From an uncultured bacterium (GTDB lineage Bacteria; Zixibacteria; MSB-5A5; JAABVY01; JAHJOQ01): a stretch of DNA of 11,830 nucleotides. The stretch is from the NCBI GenBank assembly GCA_965369655.1, contig CBDUQR010000063.1, forward strand, positions 1-11,830, written 5' to 3'. Shown in pieces: positions 1 through 5,468 of this stretch (its first letter is position 1; every line of letters starts with the position of its first letter). The notes below the pieces were generated by a model. The model saw nothing but the letters and a program-made list of their open reading frames with translations, ran no database searches and was not told the DNA's origin. Position numbers and translations under genes: made by a program.

Positions 1-85
1 AGAACGCGAGCCCCTTTGAGTGGCGCAAAGAAAAGGTCTACGCGAAGAAAATCCATATGTCGCCAATTAACACAAGTTAGTACTA
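1..85 (+). mobile_element. 3' end of a probable IS630-family insertion sequence (transposase C-terminus plus right end), truncated by the window edge
   Basis: Frame +3 (3..80) reads NASPFEWRKEKVYAKKIHMSPINTS*, resembling the 'N..A.PF.W.K..V' C-terminus of IS630 transposases. The stop TAG (78-80) is immediately followed by TAC-TA-G, the GTACTAG-type end with a TA target dinucleotide (84-85) typical of IS630. The DDE core and left end are outside the window. Confidence 0.6.
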
Positions 86-148
86 GTTGATTTGTCTTGA
101 CTCTGTTTATCTCTACGCATATTTATCCAGTAGTTAATTAAACACCAA

Positions 149-925
149 ATGCGTAGTGTTACGATGACAGACGAAGAATTGTTCACTTTCTATGAAAAAC
201 TCTACTTCCACGAAATCGACATCCGGGACAAGATCAACGGGCGTTTACAGATCCCGTTGGCTATACTTGTCACGTTATCAGGTGGGATTGCATATCTATT
301 TCAGAATGTTGCGTTTGCCGATTGGAGATTTGTCCACATATTGTTTTTCTTGCCATTTATTCTAAGTGTTTTATTTGCGGTACTTGCATTTGTGAACTTC
401 GTCAAGTCTTGGAGAGGATACGATTACGAATACTTACCGACTGCAACCGACACGAAAGAGTATCGGTGTCTTCTCGTTAAGACGTATGAAGACTGGGATG
501 ACCACGAGAAATTGGTATCTCAGCACCTGAGGGATTATCTGCAACGCTACTATATCGAGTGTTCTGCAGCGAACACTTTGAATAACGACAAGAAGGCATT
601 CTATCTTCACAAGACAAGCAAACATATTTTATACACAGTTGCATTCGTCATCTTATCCTTCATTCCATTTCATTTCGGTGAACTGAAGTCCGTTGGTCAA
701 GAGATGACAGTGAAGTGTTTAAGAGTAAATGGACAATCTCGGGAGGAAGTCACAATGGACGAAAATGACCCTAAATCTCAAGACAAGGATCGACACCCCG
801 ATCCACCGAAGCCGCCGCCACCGCCGCCGAAGCGAATAATAACCGAAGGCGAAGATCCTGCGAAATCAAATAAGGGTCGAGATGAGAAGACCAATGACAG
901 AAAGGATGTCGATGGGAGACGATAA
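149..925 (+). CDS. Hypothetical 3-TM membrane protein with a Pro-rich, charged C-terminal tail (loosely PycTM/SLATT-like topology)
   Basis: 258-aa ORF with three hydrophobic segments (IPLAILVTLSGGIAYLF; FVHILFFLPFILSVLFAVLAFVNFV; ILYTVAFVILSFIPFHF) and a soluble loop with YDYEYLP and N..NNDKK. The DNA is visibly more AT-rich than the metabolic operon. The start may be ATG 164. The function call is low confidence. Confidence 0.8.
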   Translation: MRSVTMTDEELFTFYEKLYFHEIDIRDKINGRLQIPLAILVTLSGGIAYLFQNVAFADWRFVHILFFLPFILSVLFAVLAFVNFVKSWRGYDYEYLPTATDTKEYRCLLVKTYEDWDDHEKLVSQHLRDYLQRYYIECSAANTLNNDKKAFYLHKTSKHILYTVAFVILSFIPFHFGELKSVGQEMTVKCLRVNGQSREEVTMDENDPKSQDKDRHPDPPKPPPPPPKRIITEGEDPAKSNKGRDEKTNDRKDVDGRR

Positions 926-1037
926 TAAGAACCCAGCGCCGAAACAGGAACATAAACCTCCACTTCCTCCCACACCACCTCCGAAGAGGATTGTAAAGCA
1001 CGATGAGTCGGAGAAGAAGGGTTCAAACAAGAAGTGA
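912..1037 (+). CDS. Small Pro-rich peptide (41 aa), paralogous to the tail of the upstream membrane protein
   Basis: ATG 912 is preceded by AAAGGA (901-906) and translates MGDDNKNPAPKQEHKPPLPPTPPPKRIVKHDESEKKGSNKK*. It shares H..PP.PP.PPPKRI and SNK with the peptide starting at Met 755, and overlaps the upstream stop by 14 nt. It is below the ORF-track cutoff. In-frame ATGs also occur at 882, 894 and 906. Confidence 0.55.
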   Translation: MGDDNKNPAPKQEHKPPLPPTPPPKRIVKHDESEKKGSNKK

Positions 1038-1041
1038 TGTA

Positions 1042-1060
1042 ACAGAACTTCGGTTTCTGT
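1042..1060 (+). other. C(UUCG)G tetraloop hairpin just after the small peptide ORF
   Basis: ACAGAAC-TTCG-G(T)TTCTGT, 4 nt after the TGA at 1035-1037. There is no U-tract, so it is not called as an intrinsic terminator. Confidence 0.35.
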
Positions 1061-1145
1061 GCGCGGCAGATGTTCACATCTGCCGTTGCGTAAGAGGGGC
1101 AGACCCTTCGAAGCTCAGGCCTTGCGAGGACGTCTGCCGCCCACA
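1058..1145. repeat. Inverted REP doublet (REPIN-like); the right copy is interrupted by a 21-nt insert
   Basis: The left unit is TGTGCGCGGCAGATG-TTCA-CATCTGCC (1058-1084). The reverse complement of the right unit (1098-1145, without 1105-1125) is TGTGGGCGGCAGACG-TCCT-CGTCTGCC. They match at 22/27 positions, with compensatory stem changes and the 5' GTGG/GTGC foot typical of RAYT-associated REPs. The doublet lies between convergent genes. Confidence 0.7.
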
Positions 1146-1159
1146 CCATTGCATGTGCT

Positions 1160-1194
1160 GAGATCGCCACGTCGCTTTCGCTCCTCGCGATGAC
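1160..1194 (-). repeat. GTCAT-headed palindromic intergenic repeat
   Basis: The minus strand reads GTCATCGCGAGGAGCGAAAGCGACGTGGCGATCTC, with outer ATCGC/GCGAT pairing and an inner GC-GAAA-GC hairpin. It resembles the widespread GTCATTGCGAGGAGCG...GCAATC repeat class. Confidence 0.6.
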
Positions 1195-1209
1195 GACGGC
1201 ACGGGTGGC

Positions 1210-1740
1210 TCACCCCTTGGGGTGAGATCCTGGACCAAGCTCCGAAAGCGCTTTCTCAAACGCGATCATCGATTTCTCATCGAACAGGACAAACTCAACA
1301 TTTCGCAGCGTCGATGCGGAGTAACTCCTGACAGCATCGATCATGATTTTCGCGCATTCGTAGGGATCAAACCCGCCGACACCGGTTCCGATCGCCGGAA
1401 ACGCGATTGACTTGAGATCAAGATCGTCTGCCACCATCATACTCGACAATGTCGATTGCCGGACAAGATGCTCGGATGTTCGCAAGTCCTGTCCCATGCC
1501 AGCAGCATGTATCACATACTTCGCAGCCAACTTTCCTGCACCAGTGGCTATCGCCTCTCCGGGCTGGATAGGTCCTTTTGCGACTGCTTCTTTCTCGATC
1601 TCGTCGCCGCCCTTCCGCTTGATCGCTCCCGCAACGCCCGATCCCATCCAGAGATGATTGTTCGCGGCATTCACTATAGCGTCGCATGATGATTCGGTGA
1701 TATCCCCCAGCACGATCCTGATTTCGATTTCGCCAGCCAT
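1210..1740 (-). CDS. Macro domain protein (YmdB/MacroD-like ADP-ribose-binding hydrolase, O-acetyl-ADP-ribose deacetylase)
   Basis: Motifs GDIT, DAIVNAAN, GSGVAGAI, YVIHA and SIAFPAIGTGVGG. The start is placed at 1740 (MAGEIEI...) because AAGGA lies 8 nt upstream; the ORF track start at 1749 is the alternative. Confidence 0.93.
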   Translation of the reverse strand: MAGEIEIRIVLGDITESSCDAIVNAANNHLWMGSGVAGAIKRKGGDEIEKEAVAKGPIQPGEAIATGAGKLAAKYVIHAAGMGQDLRTSEHLVRQSTLSSMMVADDLDLKSIAFPAIGTGVGGFDPYECAKIMIDAVRSYSASTLRNVEFVLFDEKSMIAFEKALSELGPGSHPKG

Positions 1741-2050
1741 ACATACCATCCTTCGGACATTCGTTCAAGAGACAATTAAGCCCGCAGTCATATTCATGCA
1801 AGAGCAAATGGTCATTGCTCTGGCAATCAAGCATGTTTGACGATCAACCTCTTGAATCGTTATCTGTCTCTTGTTTGAACAAATTAAGACAATCGTCTCG
1901 TGGATTATTACTCAGATCGTGAGCCTGCATGAGAGTACCCCCGTAATATGATGATATGCAATGTGTTGCGAGCACGGGTCAACGCACATGCTGGATTCCT
2001 GCGGGTGATATAAGAAGGGCTTAACCGTCAACGAATCAGGCCTGCAATTC

Positions 2051-2077
2051 TAAAGCTTTATCAAAAAGAACCGAAAA
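2051..2077 (+). promoter_or_regulatory. Putative sigma28 (FliA/WhiG-type) promoter
   Basis: TAAAGCTT-N11-ACCGAAAA versus the consensus TAAAGTTT-N11-GCCGATAA (7/8 and 6/8 matches, exact spacing). It is bracketed by a 9-bp inverted repeat TGCAATTCT (2043-2051) / AGAATTGCA (2084-2092). Confidence 0.4.
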
Positions 2078-2205
2078 CAAAAGAGAATTGCAAATATGAG
2101 GAAATATCCTGGAATTGTGGGAGGGTTCGTCTCAGTAATTCTCTTCCGATAATAAAAGCTCCCGGTTTGTTTCCTCATCCTCGTTAACGTTCAAGGAGGA
2201 ATGAA

Positions 2206-2514
2206 ATGGTTAGACGCACTAACCGCCGTCGCATCGCCCGTGGCCGCACCTACAAGGCCACGCGCCCGCGCACCATGCGCACCATGCCCACCAACACCAG
2301 CAAGAGCTGGGACAAGTCTCGCAAGAACTACAGCTTCAAGCCGTGGACTCCGAACGAGATCAAGACTCTGCGGAAGATCTTCCGCGATATGCCGACCAAG
2401 GATGTCGCCAAGAAACTCGGCCGCTCGGTTTCTTCGATCCAGGGCAAAGCTGGCGATCTCGGCCTGCGCAAAACTGCCACTTACATGAAGAAAATGCGCA
2501 AGGGTTGGTTCTAA
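2206..2514 (+). CDS. Small, highly basic protein: Arg/Thr-rich N-terminal tail plus Myb/SANT-like helix-turn-helix
   Basis: Strong RBS AAGGAGG upstream of ATG 2206, biased codons (CGC/ACC/AAG) and a terminator downstream. By hand count it has 31 Arg+Lys versus 5 Asp+Glu in 102 aa. The motif WTPNEIKTL...KDVAKKLGRSVSSIQGKAGDLGL matches the W-T-x-x-E...L...A..LGRS..S...KA..LGL HTH pattern. Confidence 0.85.
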   Translation: MVRRTNRRRIARGRTYKATRPRTMRTMPTNTSKSWDKSRKNYSFKPWTPNEIKTLRKIFRDMPTKDVAKKLGRSVSSIQGKAGDLGLRKTATYMKKMRKGWF

Positions 2515-2536
2515 AAAAGCGACCTGCTTCGATTAG

Positions 2537-2567
2537 AAGGCGGTCACATCGACCGCCTTTTCTTTTT
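2537..2567 (+). terminator. Rho-independent terminator
   Basis: AAGGCGGTC-acatc-GACCGCCTT (9-bp stem) followed by TTCTTTTT, 22 nt after the stop of the basic protein. Confidence 0.85.
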
Positions 2568-2600
2568 GCCCCAGATGCTCACTCGCTGACAGGTTCTTTC

Positions 2601-2629
2601 TTGTATTTGTCAACAATTGTAGATAGATT
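2601..2629 (+). promoter_or_regulatory. Putative sigma70 promoter for the kinase gene
   Basis: TTGTAT-N17-TAGATT, 35 nt upstream of GTG 2665. The spacer contains the palindrome ACAATTGT. Confidence 0.45.
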
Positions 2630-2664
2630 CGTACAGATAATCTCATAAGACGAGAGAACATTTC

Positions 2665-5316
2665 GTGAATGAGCATAATTGCGATGACGATCAGACTCGA
2701 TCGTTCACAATTCTGGCAAAAGGGACAATGGTTGGCCACTACCGGATTGTCGAGAAGATCGGCGCCGGTGGTATGGGGGAAGTGTATCTGACTGAGGATA
2801 CAAAACTCAAACGCAAAGTCGCTCTCAAATTTCTGCCATATCATTTATGTCAAGATAGAGAATGTCGCAAGCGGTTTACTCGCGAAGCACAGGCAGCGGC
2901 GAAGCTCAACCATCCCAACATCGTAACGATTTACGAAGTCGGTGAGCATCAGGGACGGCCATTCATAGCGATGGAGCAGATCGAGGGACAATCGCTGCGT
3001 GACATAATCAAAAGTGAGGAGTTGCAGCCGGACAGAGTTATCGATCTGAGTATTCAAATATGTGAAGGATTGAGTAAGGCGCATCAAGCAGGTATTACCC
3101 ACCGGGATATCAAGCCTTCAAATATCGTCATAGACCTCGACGGTCGACCAAAGCTGCTTGATTTCGGTTTAGCGGTGATTCAGGGTTCAGACAAGCTCAC
3201 CAAGACAGGTTCGACACTTGGCACGATCGGTTACATGTCACCCGAACAGATACAGGTTAGGGAGATAGACCAGCGTTCAGACCTGTTTTCGTTCGGTGTC
3301 GTATTGTATGAGATGATTACCGGTCGGCTACCGTTCAAAGGTGATACTGAAGCAGCGACGATGAACTCTGTCCTGAATGACACTCCCGAACCACTATCGA
3401 GATACAAGAGCAGTGTGCCGGATGAACTGCAACGTATCGTGTCGAAGCTGTTGGAAAAAGACCCCCAGCTTCGATATCAGTCGGCTGCCGGTGTGATCGC
3501 TGATTTCAAGAAGCTGGCAAGCACTGCCGGAACCGGTAGCAAAGCATCGCGGAGAACCTTGAGTTGGGTGGCGGTTGCTGTAGTTCCTGTTTTAATTGCA
3601 GCGGTTGTCTATTTGTTTTTCATGCGTACCACGTTGCAAGAAATCGAGACGACAGAATCTGAAAGAATCATGCTGGCGGTGCTCCCGTTCGAGAATCTCG
3701 GTAATCCTGAGGATGAGTATTTCGCCGATGGCATCACAGAGGAAATCCTGACGAACCTGGCGAAGCTCTCGGGACTTGGCGTGATTTCCCGCACCTCCGC
3801 TATGCAGTATAAGAACAGCAAAAAGGGACTCCGTCAGATCGGCGAGGAGTTGGGTGTTGACTATGTACTCGAAGGGACTATTAGGTGGGATAAATCGGGC
3901 GATGTAAACAGAGTGCGGATACATCCTCAGTTGATAAAGGTGGCCGACGACACTCATCTTTGGGCCGACCGTTATGATGCGATTCTCTCTGATGTTTTCG
4001 AGATTCAATCGAGTATTGCCGAAAAAGTGGCGGAGGCACTCAATGTCGCCCTGCTTGAGACAGAGCGTCATGCCCTGACGCAGCAGCCGACAGAAAACAC
4101 TGAAGCCTATGACTATTATTTGCGAGGTAAACAGTACTTCAGCATAGAGGCCGGTAGAGCTGACTACCGCAGTGCGGAGGTAATGCATCGAAAAGCTATC
4201 GAGCTGGATCCGGAATTCGCCCTGGCGTATGCGGAGCTGGGGATAGTCTATACCGACATGTATTGGAGCTTCTATGACCGCACTGAGCAGCGGCTAACAG
4301 CAGCTAAGGAATCCATCGATAAAGCGCTTGAACTGTCACCAGACGAACCAGTAGCGCATTTGGCTCTCGGTTGGTACTATTACCACGGCCATCTCGATTA
4401 CGAGCAGGCGCTGAAGCAATTTACTATCGTACTCCAGAAGCAACCAAACAACAGCCTGGCCATTGCCAGCATTGCCTATACGAAACGAAGGCAGGGCCAT
4501 TGTGACAAGGCAATCGAGTACTTGAAAAGAGCAGTGAAACTAAATCCTCGTGAGCCTTATTTCCTATTCGAGTTAGGCCATACGCTTATGAAAAATCACC
4601 AGTACGAGGAAGCCGAATACTACTCTGACCGTGCCATTGAACTCGCACCGGATTTCCACGTGCCGTATTTTGTGAAATCATGGTCACACTTAGCCAGATT
4701 AGGTGATACGAAAAAAGCCCGCGATGTTTTACAAGTAACGCTGGAACGCAATGGTCGGTCACCGGAATTGACCTTCTTTGAAGTGCTGTACGACTGTTTT
4801 GACGAACAGTTTGAGCGGGCCTTAAGTCTCATAACCGCACCCGGCCAGGTGTACTACGTGCCACGGTGTGACACCGCTGAGTATTATCTTCTCAAGGGCG
4901 AAATGTACCGCTATATGAATCGACCTGACTTAATGAAGCCGTATTACGATTCCGCTCGTGTAGTTTTGGAAGAAAAGATTGTGGACGATCCTGATGATCC
5001 GCTGTACCACAGTATCATGGGCAGGGTCTATGCCGGACTGGGCCGCAAAGAGGATGCCATCAGAGAAGGTTTATATGCAGTTGAACTACTGCCACTTTCA
5101 AAGGATGCTTATGTCGGTGCCGAACTTGTTAGGAGACTCGCTCAAACATACACCGCTGTGGGTGAGTACGATCTTGCTATTGATCAGCTTGAATACCTCC
5201 TGGCGGGACCTTCGAATGTGTCGGTTCTTATTCTCAAGAAATTTCCCGAGTATAAGCCGCTTAGGAACCACCCGCGCTTCCAAGCACTGATTAAGAAGTA
5301 CGATCATAACCAATAG
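2665..5316 (+). CDS. Hanks-type Ser/Thr protein kinase with TM helix, TolB_N-like domain and TPR repeats
   Basis: Complete kinase motifs: GAGGMGEVY, VALK, HRDIKPSN, DFG, GTIGYMSPEQ, SDLFSFG. TM segment WVAVAVVPVLIAAVVYLFF. The segment 'LAVLPFENLG...YFADGITEEIL..L...VISRTS' is TolB_N-like, followed by multiple TPRs (AIELDPEFALAY, ALELSPD, AVKLNP, AIELAPD) and the C-terminal 'PLRNHPRFQAL'. GTG start, with ATG 2728 as an alternative. Confidence 0.95.
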   Translation: MNEHNCDDDQTRSFTILAKGTMVGHYRIVEKIGAGGMGEVYLTEDTKLKRKVALKFLPYHLCQDRECRKRFTREAQAAAKLNHPNIVTIYEVGEHQGRPFIAMEQIEGQSLRDIIKSEELQPDRVIDLSIQICEGLSKAHQAGITHRDIKPSNIVIDLDGRPKLLDFGLAVIQGSDKLTKTGSTLGTIGYMSPEQIQVREIDQRSDLFSFGVVLYEMITGRLPFKGDTEAATMNSVLNDTPEPLSRYKSSVPDELQRIVSKLLEKDPQLRYQSAAGVIADFKKLASTAGTGSKASRRTLSWVAVAVVPVLIAAVVYLFFMRTTLQEIETTESERIMLAVLPFENLGNPEDEYFADGITEEILTNLAKLSGLGVISRTSAMQYKNSKKGLRQIGEELGVDYVLEGTIRWDKSGDVNRVRIHPQLIKVADDTHLWADRYDAILSDVFEIQSSIAEKVAEALNVALLETERHALTQQPTENTEAYDYYLRGKQYFSIEAGRADYRSAEVMHRKAIELDPEFALAYAELGIVYTDMYWSFYDRTEQRLTAAKESIDKALELSPDEPVAHLALGWYYYHGHLDYEQALKQFTIVLQKQPNNSLAIASIAYTKRRQGHCDKAIEYLKRAVKLNPREPYFLFELGHTLMKNHQYEEAEYYSDRAIELAPDFHVPYFVKSWSHLARLGDTKKARDVLQVTLERNGRSPELTFFEVLYDCFDEQFERALSLITAPGQVYYVPRCDTAEYYLLKGEMYRYMNRPDLMKPYYDSARVVLEEKIVDDPDDPLYHSIMGRVYAGLGRKEDAIREGLYAVELLPLSKDAYVGAELVRRLAQTYTAVGEYDLAIDQLEYLLAGPSNVSVLILKKFPEYKPLRNHPRFQALIKKYDHNQ

Positions 5317-5397
5317 CCTTGCGATATTCTGGGTGTTCTGTTACGGCCTATCATTTCCTACTATGTTACTCCATTTCCGAATAGAATCGCAAACCAT

Positions 5398-5426
5398 TTG
5401 ACAGACAGCCATTCCGCAAGTACCTT
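5398..5426 (+). promoter_or_regulatory. sigma70 promoter of the ior-buk-ptb operon
   Basis: Perfect -35 TTGACA (5398-5403), a 17-nt spacer and -10 TACCTT (5421-5426), 42 nt upstream of ATG 5469. Confidence 0.7.
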
Positions 5427-5468
5427 CTATTTCGATTGAGCCGAACATCTCTGGCAAGCGAGGTTGAC

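Noticed and set aside
87-126. sigma70 promoter (TTGACT at 97-102) for the TM protein gene
   Set aside because: There is no good -10 at 16-18 nt spacing, and AT-rich DNA gives many chance matches.
843-1037. Programmed frameshift fusing the TM protein to the second Pro-rich peptide
   Set aside because: The second frame is open from 843, but there is no clear slippery heptamer or stimulator. An independent SD plus ATG explains it more simply.
778-1170. 130-aa minus-strand ORF with a poly-Gly run
   Set aside because: The Gly run is the antisense of the poly-Pro codons and the ORF runs through the REP cluster. The plus-strand peptides have RBSs and a conserved motif.
2201-2488. Alternative-frame 95-aa ORF sharing the AAGGAGG RBS
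   Set aside because: Its ATG is only 1 nt from the SD, and the product is Ala/Arg/Pro/Ser-rich frame noise. Frame 2206 has proper spacing, codon bias and an HTH motif.
5436-5468. N-terminal extension of IorA from TTG 5436 (and of Ptb paralog 1 from 8901)
   Set aside because: Family similarity and SD positions support ATG 5469 and ATG 8940; the longer starts are ORF-caller artefacts.
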